A stretch of 59,146 nucleotides of DNA, counting the filler, from Sphacelaria rigidula (Eukaryota): assembly GCA_964200075.2 (NCBI GenBank). It is 10 parts of 10 records of this genome, joined end to end, with 100 filler letters (N's around TTAATTAATTAA, not from the genome) between each part and the next. Parts side by side here need not be neighbours in the genome. Positions count along the whole stretch, not along the records: positions 23,701 to 29,525 come from CAXNAA020024172.1; positions 29,626 to 35,450 come from CAXNAA020024173.1; positions 35,551 to 41,374 come from CAXNAA020024174.1; 7 more parts are not named here. One strand, written 5' to 3'. The notes beneath the pieces are model-generated. The model had not been told where the DNA came from, made no database searches, and saw nothing but the letters and a program-made list of their open reading frames with translations. Positions 23,701 to 36,011 of the stretch are shown piece after piece; the first letter of the stretch is position 1; every line of letters begins with the position of its first letter. The position numbers and the translations under genes were made by a program.

Positions 23701-23772
23701 CCGAGAATTGAACCCACGACCCAACCGTCAGAAGGCTTCGAGACTACCAACTGAGCCACTGGGGCGACCGGC
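23701..23772 (-). mobile_element. tRNA-derived SINE head (Arg-TCT-like), truncated by the contig edge
   Basis: Minus strand reads GCCGGTCGCCCCAGTGGCTCAGTTGGTAGTCTCGAAGCCTTCTGACGGTTGGGTCGTGGGTTCAATTCTCGG, with A box TGGCTCAGTTGG, B box GGTTCAATTCT and an imperfect cloverleaf. Confidence 0.7.
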
Positions 23773-24169
23773 ACATATGTGGGATCAAGGACACGGTAAA
23801 TTACGGCAGTGCTAGCTGCGTGAGAAATCAGGTCAAGGTTTGCGAGCAACAACAGCAAGGCGAGTGTACGGTGTGGTTACCAAGCTGTTGCGCCGCGTGT
23901 AGAGCTAGTTGGTGTCGGCTCAAGTAGGCCGGTGGCGGTGTACTATATGCCTGGGGGAAAACATGCTCTATTTGTTCGTTGCTTTGAGTAATGCACATAT
24001 GGCACATATAGCAGTTACAATTGTTCTGAGAGCCGTTCCCTGCAGACAGGTGTCATTTTGATCACTTGGTACATAGCTAATGGGGTCATTTCATTCTCTG
24101 AAGCTCTGACAAGCCAGCATTCGGTCTTTACTTGATTTCAGACTATAATTTTGGCTTATACCTCTTCGA

Positions 24170-24730
24170 TTGCATTTCGTTTGACATTCGGGTGCACTCT
24201 GTTTTTGCTCGGGTCTGGAGTACTCTTTCCGCACAGTATTCTGCATGGTCTTAAAGCTGTCTTCTACACGGCGTTAGGCGCTCGCGTTGCGATGCATTTC
24301 TCGACTCTACGCCCCAGTGGACTCTTCGATCGTCAGGGGTACCATCATCCATTTCGACCGCTCACCGGTGGCGTCAGCATCGATTTCACTTGAAAAACGA
24401 ATCGTCATCATATTATTTGACACTCAGCAGACACGAGATCAGAGATGTAACCGCTCTTAATCAAACACCTCGAGGGTGTTTTGATGTGTGAGTCTCTACG
24501 TGATTTTAGATGACATTTTTCCCTAATACCTACTCGCTTGCATTTTGCTGGACATTAGGATGTGTTTTGCGTCTGCTTACGTCTGGAGTACATTTGCCTT
24601 CCGCACTGGGTTCTGCATGGCGTCAGGGCGCTATGACATTACGATGCGTTCCATTTGATGCATTTCCTCTCTCGACGTCTCGTCTCGGACCCTTCCAAAA
24701 CTCAAATCGGCATCATTTTTCGGATCGTTT
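24170..24730. repeat. Diverged tandem duplication, unit about 370 bp
   Basis: TTGCATTT....GACATT.GG.TG..GTCTGGAGTAC..TTCCGCAC..TTCTGCATGG at about 24170 and about 24538. Confidence 0.65.
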
Positions 24731-25340
24731 CTCATTGGATTCTGGACACATTTTTGAGGTCGTGAACCTTTGACCGCGAGCATGGGTCTTCTGTGGCATC
24801 AGCATCAGGTTCACTTGAAAAAGCACTGCATTGGCAGATGACGTATCCTCGCGGTATGAGGGAAAAGCGACGTGCTCAGCTGATGAGCAGCCTCGGCGTT
24901 TTCTTCGAATATGACCTGTGCCACTACGTAACGTACGCACGTATCACCGGTTTGCGCGCGTCTCACACAAACCATCGTTTCACATCGGAACTTTGAACAA
25001 GTTTATGCAGGGTCGCGCACAGCTCAGGTGATGAGCAGCTACGGCTCGAGCTGTATGTGTTTTTTGCCGGGGCAATGAGTTCCCGAGGTTCACCTTTGAT
25101 GGTGTCGGGTTGTGTAACAAGTGTCACGCCTTTCACGGTTCGGACGAATCAGAGTTCATACGAGTTGACTCCCCATGAAGGTTGAATGCGATTGTACCAA
25201 AGAGTCATCCGGTATAAATCACGGATGGTACAGTTGTATGCTCAAGGTCATACCGCACGAATCGCGAACTCGGAATGTGTACACTCCAAGTAGTATCCGA
25301 CGAATCAAGAGTGCAAACTATGTACGAATCACACTTCCTG

Positions 25341-25757
25341 TAACAGACAATTCTATGAAATGAGGCTGTGCACTAATATGAGGTTGAAGCCCGAAACAGC
25401 GTTTTCCCACAATTTCAGCGATGGTGCCCAATGACGTCGTTGTCGGCCTAATGTCTCTCGATCGCGTAGATACTCTTTCAGCTCATTTTACCGACTCTGC
25501 CAGCTTACCGCCCTGACCGAAGCCGTCATTTTCCCTGCTGTCACCCCCCCTTAACAATCAGGGAAAATGACGGTTTTTGGCCAGCGCTGTAAGCTGGCAG
25601 AGTCGGTAAAATGCGCTGAAAGAGTATCTACGCGATCGAGGGACATTAGGCCGACAACGACGTCATTGGGCACCATCGCTGAAATTGTGGGGGGAAACTT
25701 GTTTTGGGCTTGAACCTCATATTAGTGTACAACCTCCTTTTATAGAATTGTCTGTTT
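25341..25757. mobile_element. Complete fold-back MITE with near-perfect arms of about 195 bp and a loop of about 20 nt
   Basis: CACAATTTCAGCGATGGTGCCCAATGACGTCGTTGTCGGCCTAATGTC..GATACTCTTTCAG..CCGTCATTTTCCCTG is mirrored at 25559-25757. Confidence 0.9.
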
Positions 25758-25774
25758 TGTATGAGTCGTGGGTG

Positions 25775-26495
25775 GGACGTGTACACTTGATTCATCTCGT
25801 GTAGATCGAAGGTGGGAGCATGTACGTACGATTCATGCTGCATAAGAGGATACACGGAAATGTGCGCGCTTGGTTCACCTCGTACGGATGAAAGGCGGAG
25901 AAGATGTACGTATGATTCATGCCACGTGAACAAAAATGGGGAAACATGCACATATGGTTCACCTCGTATAAATGGAAGAGGAGATACATGTACGCTTGAT
26001 TAATCTCTTATGAATGGGAGCTGGGAAACATGCATCTGTGATCCATGCTCACGACCATGAGGTGGAAAGCACGTACATGACTCACGTGATTCGTGCTGTA
26101 TGAATCATGGGGAAATAAACAGCTAGAAGAATCACTCTAGGCGTGCAGATGCGTGCTGTGTCATGCTGTACCGTAGTGCCCGCGGGCTGCAGAGTACGCT
26201 GCCGGAATGTTCCCGAAACCTCCCGCGAGCATGCGAGGACAGTTCGTGCTGGCGTTGTGTTCTTCGCAAGTATTCGTGGTATTCTATACAGTATGTCTAG
26301 GTCAACTGTACCGCAGAACACATGAAACCACAAAGGCTGCCAACAGCATAGCTCGGGGGGAACGATGAGCAGAAAAAACGTATGAATATAAGGTGGAGAA
26401 CACGTAATCATATTCGTGCTGCATGAGTGAAAAGTGGCAAACGTAAACACTTGATCGATCTTGTATAAAGAGAAGGTAGGGAACACCTAACCTGA
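25775..26495. repeat. Degenerate tandem array of about 40-bp units, interrupted at about 26115-26375
   Basis: Recurring ATGTACG..TGATTCA.CTCGTATGAATGG..G.GGAAAC motif. Confidence 0.65.
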
Positions 26496-27619
26496 ATTCC
26501 TGATCGATTACGTCTTGGCATGGTTGCATCTCCTTCGAGGGATTACGCGGTGCGACGAAGTTGTACCAGCGTTAGCAGAAAGTGGTGTTGCTCTTGTGCG
26601 GTGGCGGCCTGCAGAGCCGAGTTTGTCTGCGCTGCACCACGACAAACATTTTTCCCTCTGTCCGATTCGTATTTTGCGAGGATACGCTTTGTACTATACC
26701 AGCAGTTTTCTCGATTTATTGAAAAGGGTTGATCATGAGGGCCAAGAGATCCTGAGCGGACCACACACCTCAGCCGTGAGTTTTGTATTGGATTTTACGG
26801 ACTGTGTAATATGTTCGGTGTAGCGTGAAAATTCATGTTTTCGCAACGTCGAATACCACCATCCAGACACGGAACGTTTTCGATAATAATAACGGTGCTC
26901 GTGATATCAACGGCTAGATCATTGGCAGATCTCGCCGAGATGTGTCGATAAATAGCAACGAATTCGTGAAAACCAACGTGATCGTTTTTCCAGATCTTGG
27001 AGTGCACATCCTGGTTTCCTGCAGCTTTGACCTAAAGGGCGGACTACTCAGTCAACGCACCCTCAAAAAAGGCTGAAAACCGTACTACTGAGAACAATAT
27101 GTCATGTCTACGGTTTCAGTGAGATAACTCACGGCAAAGCTATAGAAATCCATCGAATGCCTATATGGTGAGCAAGTGGAGGGAAATGAGGTACCGATTG
27201 TAAGCTATAACGTTTTCAAGAGTAAGGAGTTCTACCTCTGTTCGGGGTCCATCGTCTGCATGGTCCGTCAGTCGAGCCGACTGTAGACAAGGAAATGGTT
27301 TGGGGCCTCGAGAACAGTTGACTGTATGGTCCACCCGAAGACGTTTTTTCACCACCTCCTTCGTCAGTGCAGATTCCAGATAGTCCGAAGCGTCGAGCCT
27401 GGTGATGACATCAGAGAATACGACAACCTCAAGTTTTACGGTACTTCGCCGATGGTACCAGCAATTCAGCCTGAACCAGTGATGGCGACATTCTTTTTTG
27501 TTTCCACCACTAGAAGAGGAATCGCAAACTCGAGGTTCCCGATATGTTTCACTGAAAAATACCGGGAATATATACGGGGAATCGAGTTGGAGATACAGTA
27601 CCTTTATAATGCACATAAT

Positions 27620-28405
27620 GATCGTGGGGTCAGGAACGAAGCCTCCGATTAGTACCGGTTTTGAAATCGAAACTTCGCATATAGCCGCCGAACCATTCTA
27701 GGCAGAGATGTCGGGGTGGACCTCGACTTCCCTGAAGGCGTCGTTTTCCTTCGTAGAAAGCTTGCAAGCCGAAGAGGCAGAGATGATCTGGTTCCAACGG
27801 CGACTGGGATTAGCGGTGGTGCAAAACCAAGGGAGAGACGTTGACTTTGTCTCTCGTTGTATCCTACACTAGTGGCCTGTGTGTTGTCATCAGTCAGCAT
27901 TGGGGCGTGGAACACGAGGAGCAGGCTAGCAAAACATCGTCTGTGCAACCAGAGCAGCACTGGGCGCCTCCAGGTAGATCTGCCCCGAATCATCCCTACC
28001 CCCCTTCAACATGCAACACTACCCGCAGAGGTCGGGATCTTCATATACAATCGTGTGATGTAAAACATTACAGCTGTTGTATTGTACGATCATGTACAGT
28101 GAGCGAACATACCAGGAGCTGTCCGGTGATCCTTCACCTGGACGATCTCGGGCAGCATGCGAAGAGATATAAAGTCACTGTCTATCTCCCTCTTGGTTTG
28201 GCATCGCCGCCAATCCCATTCGCCGTCAAAACCAAATAATCTTTCCCTTCGCTATTCGCAAGCTTTTGACGACAAAAAACGATTTCTTCAAGGAAAATCT
28301 AGGTCGACCCCGAGTTACCCGCCTGAAATTGATCGGCGGCCACATGCGGAGTTTGGATCTCGAACGCGTTCCTAACCTCAGGATTCGTTCCTGATCTCAC
28401 GAGCA
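27620..28405. mobile_element. Old fold-back element with diverged arms of about 220 bp
   Basis: TCGTGGGGTCAGGAACGAA...AAAGCTTGC...AAACCAAGGGAGAGA is mirrored by TCTCCCTCTTGGTTT...GCAAGCTTT...TTCGTTCCTGATCTCACGA. Confidence 0.7.
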
Positions 28406-29525
28406 TATTGTTGGAAATAATCCTGTTGGACATGTCGCCGGACAGTTCCACGCCTACGGTTGTCGGGATACTCGATGTAAAGAAGCCTATGCTAGTGTTT
28501 AAATGTTCGAATATCGAAGAAAAAGTCCCCGGCCAAATAGTAAAGCGTTTGGACAGTTTAATTTACACGTTTTCCTCGAGGCAATTCTTCAACAATAGAA
28601 GAAGTGATCCGCGAGGGCTGTGGCAACACTAAACACGAATGCCACAACTAAGCTGCAGCAGCATGCTGAGGGTCGTGTCAGAAGCATCATGTGTTTGGGA
28701 TGTGCTGTGTGAAGCGTGCTGACTGGGGATACTGGTGTGAGCGGGTGCGCAAGCTTCTACAAAAGCAACGATTGACAGAAGAAACACAGTGGACCTCATG
28801 TGACCCACAGCGGTTCAATGCCACGGTGGCATTCAATCGTTACATCCACCTCCTCGACACGAAGCGTGATGAACAAATCGCAAGCTGACTGCTGTCGTAG
28901 ACCAAGCTAAACAGACACCAGCAACAACCGGAGAAACACAAGGGGTGGAATTCATGTTGCTGATGTAGGTTGTGTTGTTGTTGTTATTGTGATATTTTGA
29001 AGGCCTTCCTTGGTGAAACGTAAATTGCCAAATGTGCGAAGAAACGCTCGTGCTAGCATACCTTCATTCGTGTCGTACGAGATCGTTGACCGCCATGTGC
29101 TGCTGCGGAGCTTTTACTGTGAGCACGAGTCTGCTTATCATGATTGTGCTTGGCATGGGCTCGATTGAAATATGTGGATGTGGGAGCCCGAGTCATGCGC
29201 AGGTCGGTGTCTCAGTAGAAACCGGGTCGGGAAGCGACACATGGGCGATATCGGGATTATTCTGCGGTAGAGTAATGTTCTGTGCGGGGCGGGTTGGAGT
29301 AGCCCAGATTACTAGAGGCATCTCATACTCGTGGTACCCGGTATGTTGATCGTCAAATACTGTGAAGTATACCAGGAATCTCGAGTTTGAGATACCTCTA
29401 CTGGTCAGGGACTGCCGTGGATCTTTACGTGCACGTCCCTTGTGTCATTATGTAAGGAAGGCGTATCGCTAGAGTGGTCAGAGACCTACGGGGGGAAACT
29501 GCCGTCCTGATGCCGAAGGAACTCA

Positions 29526-29625
29526 NNNNNNNNNNNNNNNNNNNNNNNNNNNNNNNNNNNNNNNNNNNNTTAATTAATTAANNNNNNNNNNNNNNNNNNN
29601 NNNNNNNNNNNNNNNNNNNNNNNNN
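29526..29625. other. Artificial contig-joining spacer
   Basis: N44-TTAATTAATTAA-N44. Confidence 0.99.
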
Positions 29626-30290
29626 CTACAATGAGTCGCTTTATTTTCTGGTATCGCCACTTCCAGAGACAGCCACAGCTTATACACTGCCTCATGGGTG
29701 TCTCACCATCGGGGGGGGGGGGGGGGGTACTCCGATGATAATGCATGCCATAGTTATACGACCATTGACCTCGCATCCCAACAAAGCCGGGACGGAGCAC
29801 GCCAGGTTCTCGCCGGACCAGGCTTGCACTCAATCACCAAGCGCAAAGCGCCGTGGTGTGTTCGGCGAGTCGCATGAAGGGTGAGCTGCATCCTGCGAAG
29901 ATTGGTCGGCTCGAAGCCTACTGGTTATCTTGCATTTGGATGACAACGTATAATGAGTTGCTTCATTCTCTTTTATCGCCACTTCCAGAGACAACCCCGG
30001 CTTATACACTGCCTCATGGGTGTCTTACCACTTCAACACTATGAAGTACGATCATCCCCTTTGTGCGGAGTTGGGATTCTCCCACGCCGCACAACATGAT
30101 CTAGCTCGACTAGCATCATCGTTACCGCAAAAAAACGCAAGCGCGCAAAAATAAAACGGTATCCTTGTTGCCCAGCTTTCGCAGTGAGTGGCGTCGTTTT
30201 TAGCGTCATCGCCAACCGACGCCAACCCCATCGGGGGTCCGCCACTACAAAGCCGGGACGGAGCACGCCGGATTCTCGCCGGACCAGGCA
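29626..30290 (+). repeat. Local direct duplication of two modules
   Basis: TATCGCCACTTCCAGAGAC..CTTATACACTGCCTCATGGGTGTCT at about 29652 and about 29973. CAAAGCCGGGACGGAGCACGCC..TTCTCGCCGGACCAGGC at about 29782 and about 30248. Confidence 0.85.
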
Positions 30291-32017
30291 GTGTTGGCCG
30301 GGGGGGGGGGGGACTATGGTGGCATCACTGCTGACACATGGCACAAGTATCTATCGTACAACATGGCGACCGTTCACGGCGTGCGTTGCCCTCATTTCCC
30401 TGCATTCGATATTAAAAATATTGACCAGGATTCAAGATATCCGCAACCAGTTGACTACGATACTCGAGGCATCTCGCTGTCGGCAAAATCGCAAAATTTC
30501 GACTGAACTTGATATATTACACCCCTTAAATACTCCTCCTGTCGTATACCTCACCCAGACGCGAATGCTCTTCAACCAGAACTTCAGCGCACGTTTCACG
30601 TCCGCCAAGCTATTCGCCATGGAGAGAGAGCGCCAGGCAGCGCGCGGATGGGGAGAGGACTCGGGTACAAAGGCTGACGCAGCGCCCGTCCCCGCTAAAA
30701 CAGAAGGTCCGCCGGTGCCTCCCGCGGCCAGCAACAAGCACCAAAGACCAGCGAACCAAAGTGGTCCTGGTGGTTCTTTGGGTAGTTCTGGAGGTGGTTC
30801 AGGTGGACAAAGAGGTCATCATCAGGGGTCAAGAAATGCACACAACGTCGCGCCGGATGCTCCTCCCAGACGCAGCAAGGTCTCCTGAATGTGTGCATGT
30901 TGGGGAGACGTTCGTACTTTTCCAGTTGTCTTTCGCGCGTGTGTGAGGAATGGATGATCAATTTCCTGCAGGACGCGTAAATTCCCGCCGAACGCCTCTT
31001 TAGAGGCAAGCAACACTGTTGAGCACATTCACCAAACAATCGATTTTTTTTCAAGTCAAGGAGAGCCAGGAGTGGAGAACGGAGGGGGGGGGTGTACTCA
31101 TGATCATGCATGCCTTAGTCATAAGATCATCAACCTCGGAGCGGAGGGGGGAAGAGGGGGGGGTACAGTGTTGAAGTGGTAAGCTCGTACCGCTAGTGTC
31201 AACCTGTCGGGGACTTGAATATAATCCTCGTATAGATTCATAGAGTGTTTTTCGGTCCGGCGGGGCGCTGGTGGGTCAAAGTGCTCAGGACCGGCGTTTG
31301 AAGTCGAACGTGTTGTATGGGCATGTCAAATTCCAATCTGTTGCATTTGCGTGTATGTAGTTGTGACGTCGTGACGTTGTGACGTCGTGAAGTCGTGTGC
31401 AGCACGGCGTATGTGGCCTCGACTTGGTAGAGCTCTATTATGGCAGCATGCCTTACTTTTCTTGCATCGCTTTGTCGCCTCAAAGAGTCTGATGGCGTCC
31501 GTAGCTGCACCTCTTATAGTGATAGTGGTGGTGGCGGCGGCGGAACAGAAGCCGGGATTTGGTGGTCACTCTCGCATGAAGTGTTGAAGTGTTGTGCATA
31601 TGCCGAAATCCGCGTGCGCAGTCTGTTGAGCCGTCTTGTGTGTTGTACGTCGTTTCTGTTTCGGTGTCCCATTAGGAGTACGTGACTGTAGTGACTGTAG
31701 TGTTGCTGTGCCCTTGCCGTGGTGTATCTAGTATAGTCCATGGTTGAGTCTTGTGAGAAATGTGTTCTTCGTGGCCCAGCCTAGAGGAGGAAGGAGGTGC
31801 AGCAGCGAGGACCCCCACGCGTGGACGTGAGATTTCGTAGGTGTCAGCTGCATCTGTAGGCATTTAGCTAGCGTTTAGCGATTGTGGTGCTCAGTTTTCG
31901 TGTTAGAAGCAGCCGTGTAGTTTGCATTGATTATCGTATCGTGTACGCTGTGCAAAGTGCAAATATCTAATATGGCGTAACGGTGTGACGTGTCTTTGTG
32001 GTAGTGGTGGTGGTGGA

Positions 32018-32097
32018 GGGGGGGGGGGGGCGTACTCATTTGTTGCTTGCCTTAGTCATTTGACCATTGACCACGCATCCCTTTCGAGACGGAGCAA
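32018..32097 (+). repeat. Poly-G-GTACTC dispersed short repeat (copies at about 13131, 29712 and 31083)
   Basis: GGGGGCGTACTCATTTGTTGCTTGCCT.AGTC.TTTG.CCATTGACCACGCATCCCTTTCGAGACG.AGCA is nearly identical at 13137 and 32026. Confidence 0.8.
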
Positions 32098-32640
32098 GGT
32101 GGTGGTGGAGGGAGGGGGGAGAGTTGGACAGATGTGCTGCACCGCACCTGTGGAACCGGTGGTAGCTGATGTTTTATCTTAGTTGACCCTTTGTTCTGTT
32201 GTCGCTTTTTATTTTCTCGATTGTTATTGTTTCTCGATTTTGTTTTTGTTGTTGTTTGGTCCTCTGACGATAAAGGTGGCACTGCCTAGAGTGTCGTATC
32301 ATCAGTTTTGCAGTCGCCTTGCAGGTTCAATTATTGCAACCAGCAAACCACATGAGGGGGGTCGGGTCGGGCGGGTGATTACAGTATCAAAGTATTGTCG
32401 TGGTCTAGAGCGACATGAGACTCCCTAGACGAGGTGGGGTATGTAAGCAGCCTTAGACGAGAGGGGGTATGTAAGCAGGCACAAAGCACGGTATTGACAT
32501 CGACGAATCATTTGGTAGGTCACCTTCACGTTGATGCGAAGCGTTGGCGTTACTTCTGTAAGTGGTTGGGTGGTTCGACAAGAAATTAAGTCATGTGATG
32601 CTCGCGACTGTTTCCGCACATATATACAGTATATACTTCG

Positions 32641-32727
32641 TATGCATGCATGCATGCATACATACATACATACATACATACATACATACATACATACATA
32701 CATACATACATACATACATACATACAT
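32641..32727. repeat. (CATG)n(CATA)n microsatellite
   Basis: Direct reading. Confidence 0.97.
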
Positions 32728-34029
32728 GTGTCTAACTAAGATTACGTGTGAACGCTCCCGTGCAAGCGGGACAAATAGACCTACTCTCGAAAGAGTACGC
32801 TTCACAAACCCCTTCAGCTCCACGTCACCCTGCGACGTTTTTCATTTTCGAAAGCTTTATGAGATAGTGCAATGTTTTCCAATCATCGTTCACGTTCGAC
32901 GAAGGCGAGATTCGACCTTCGACCCAAGCAGTCAGCGCCTGAAAGTGTGCGCGTGATAAGCAATACGCGGAGCCCTGATGGTGGATCTGACGCTTTGATT
33001 CTGAAGAACGAAAATTTCAATTATACATGTATACACGCGATGAACGCAGGTGACACCAGACTGAAGAACGATTTCTTGGAGTTCGGTGAATTTCGGTGTC
33101 GCAGTTTTTTTTTTTTTTTCGTCTCTTTCTGGGCTGTCCATTATTTGGCAATCGCAGCCTTTATTGTATAATATACAAGTTGCACATATACAAGTTGCAC
33201 ATATTATGTGCAACACATGACGTTCAAACGGTAACGCGATTATATTCATATTTCCTTACACCATAGGTCTGATCGTCATATCAATATGATTTCAATCAGC
33301 AACAATCATAGGCGCTGTGTTTGTTGTTGCCTGTTTGCAGGCCTTTCTGTGTTGCTAAAATTCGATTTCCCGGCGTTCGGGGTTCGGTGAATTTAATAGC
33401 CGATTTGCCGCGGTTCGGTGAATTTTGGAGCCGAATTCTACTGTCTTTGTACGGTCTGCATTGCTTGCAAGCAGTGTCTTGGGTGCGTGTGTGCGTGTTT
33501 CGTACAGGAGGATGTAGAAGAGAAGCAGGCAACGTGCCGTGCATACAGCCCAGAACTATCAGTTCTCTCTTCCTACAATGCGACGTGAAGAGGACTTCAG
33601 CAACGTGCAGCTTTGTGCTGCCTGCACTGTCCATGAGCGTGCACGCAACTCAGTTGCGCACCGTACCACGTTGTTCCGTCGCTGATCTCTACCATGAGAG
33701 AAGATACGAAGTCAAGTTTTCGCCAACAAAAATAAACAAAGCACAACCACCTACTGTACTGCAGTGTATTCATCCCTGGGCGCAACTCGTGCACTATGCT
33801 GCAGAATTGCGGTGGTAGCTGAGAATGGGTTGGATGGAGTATGCATGGTCCTGTGAACAGGTGTTATCTGGCGTGGTGGTCTGTTAAGATAGGAGTCAAG
33901 TGCCGCTTCGTGCCTTTCGACCGCATGTTTTCGATCGAACACTATTGTTTTCAACCTCATTGCATTCTTCTCCGCGCGCCCCGAATTATAATTTTGAGTT
34001 GAAGCCTTCTGGGAACATAAAAGCGGTGC

Positions 34030-35312
34030 ACGTATCAGATCGGCGAAAAACAAATCGACCGCACTTTTTTGATCGAAAAATAAAGTTCTAAGGGCGTGTC
34101 TTAGGCCAACTCGAAAGGAAGCCGTTCAAAATTCCTGTTTAAAACTGCCTTTTGGGCCCCTTCTCCGTCGATTTACGCCCGAAAAGAGGGCTAGGCGGAT
34201 GTTGACGCCACGGAATGACTTGCTCTACTCGTTGAGACCGTTCTAGGGCAACTTTTTCATTTCCCGCTCGCTGTACTTTCGGTTTTGGCCAAACCCGGCC
34301 AAACACGATTTTTCAGTATAAAACGGCCAGGTGATCAAAATTTCCCCATTTTTGTTGATCGCTCGACCGCTTTTTGTTGAAAATTTATGTTTGGCCAAAA
34401 TTGAAAGTGCGGCCAACCGGAAATGCAAAAGTTGTCCTGGAACGGCCTCAATGAGAAGAGCAAGTCATTCCAAGGCGTCAATATCCACCGAGCCCTCTTT
34501 TCAGGCGAAACACGACGGAGAAGGGCCAAAAAGGCAGTGTTAATAAGAAGTTTGAACGGCTTCCATCAGAACTGGTCTTGAAACATTGGTTTTCGATCGA
34601 AAATGTGCTGTTGAAAAAAAAATCCCGATCTGATATATCGTGATTTCAACCATCTTCACAATTTTCTACGATGGTTGAAGTTACGACCCATCAGATCGGG
34701 ATTATTGTTCTGCACCGCACATTTTCGATCGAAAACCAAAGTGCTAAGACACGCCCTAAGGCCAACTCTAATGGAAGTCGTTCAAAATTCCTCTCGAAAA
34801 CTGCCTTGTGGGTCCTTCTCCGTCGATTTACGCCCGGAAAGAGGGCTAGGTGGATGTTGACGCCTTGGAATGACTTTCTCCACAATACTCGTCGAGACCG
34901 TTCTGGTGCACCTTTGCATTTACCGCTGGCCGCACTTTTGTTTTTGGCCAAATCAGGCCAAACACGTATTTTCAGCAAAAAATGGTCAGGTGATCAAAAT
35001 TCCCCCCTGTTTTTTGATCGCCTGACCGTCTTTTGTTGAAAATCCGTGTTCGGCCAAAAATGAAAGTGCGGCCAGCGGGAAATGCAAAGGTGCCCTGGGG
35101 CGGTCTCATTGAGTAGAGCAAGTCGTTCCAAGGCGTCAATATCCGCCTAGCCCTCTTTTCAGGCGTAAAACGACGAGGAAGGGCCAAAAAGGCAGGTTTG
35201 AACATAAATTTTGAACAGCTCATATCAGAGTCGGTCTACAGACCGATTCTGATGGGAGCCGTTCAAAATTCCTGTTGAAAACTGCCTTTTTGGCCTAGAC
35301 CGACTCTAATGG
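34030..35312. repeat. Alternating head-to-head/tail-to-tail array of a unit of about 300 bp (stacked palindromes)
   Basis: The unit GCCGTTCAAAATTCC..AAAACTGCCTT..CTTCTCCGTCGATTTACGCCCG.AAAGAGGGCTAGG.GGATGTTGACGCC is forward at about 34120 and 34775, and reverse at about 34380-34560 and 35040-35220. Symmetry centres lie at about 34345, 34665, 35005 and 35240. Confidence 0.85.
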
Positions 35313-35313
35313 T

Positions 35314-35450
35314 GCCGCGCCCCGCGGTGGTGTAATGGTCCGAGTATCACCATTGGGGTGGAGAGAACGGGGGTTCGATTTCCGATGCGTTAGGTTTTTT
35401 CTTCGTAATGTATGATTTCCACCGTGGAAAGCGTGAGAACGTGAGTAAAC
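35314..35450 (+). mobile_element. tRNA-derived SINE (Pro-like head)
   Basis: A box TGGTGTAATGG and B box GGTTCGATTTCC. Homologs at 44731-45127 and 47238-47298; the 44731 copy also shares the non-tRNA tail GCGTGAG.ACGTGAG.AAAC. Confidence 0.75.
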
Positions 35451-35550
35451 NNNNNNNNNNNNNNNNNNNNNNNNNNNNNNNNNNNNNNNNNNNNTTAATT
35501 AATTAANNNNNNNNNNNNNNNNNNNNNNNNNNNNNNNNNNNNNNNNNNNN
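35451..35550. other. Artificial contig-joining spacer
   Basis: N44-TTAATTAATTAA-N44. Confidence 0.99.
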
Positions 35551-35680
35551 TCATTTTATAGAATCCTCTGTTCATTGTTGTTTTTAGCAGCCGTTCAACC
35601 CAAACTCCTGAAGTGTTCACGCTGAATTTTGTATCGCCTGATACCCCCCGTTCCCGCCGCGCCCCCGCCCTGAACAATAG

Positions 35681-35968
35681 GAAGAAGATTGCGATTTTGT
35701 GGTTGAAGATCTCTGCATGGAGGGCGATCAAGGTTGCGCCAGAGACCCAGATCTCGGAGGCTACGAAGTGTTGATGCCCGAGCCATTGGATGGCGTATCC
35801 AACTACGGTTACAGGGTGCGGATCTCAGAGATCGGCGGTTTTGAGCGAGTACGCGACTCTGAAGACTTCCACCTCGTGTCATCTCTGTCCACATCGGCGA
35901 AGAATATATCTGTTGTGACACCTAGTGCTGGAGATGTCGGTGTTGCTGGAAATGAATACACTGTCGAG
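35681..35968 (+). CDS. Exon A of a Cys-containing, Kre9/KNH-like Ig-fold repeat protein, probably extracellular
   Basis: AATAG| acceptor and GAG|GTGAGA donor; 288 nt, phase 0-0. EEDCDFVVEDLC...GYRVRISE...SEDFHL...ISVVTPSAGDVGVAGNEYTVE. Confidence 0.8.
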
Positions 35969-36011
35969 GTGAGAGATGAAAAAAAAGAAGTTGGAGGTGT
36001 CGTGGTGACAA

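Noticed and set aside
23701..23772. Functional tRNA gene (also the heads at 35314, 44731 and 47238)
   Set aside because: Stems pair poorly, there is no proper acceptor stem, and the longer Pro-like copies share non-tRNA tails. Better explained as SINE heads.
32425..32956. ORFs with MYVC and HTYI repeats
   Set aside because: Translations of the (CATA)n microsatellite.
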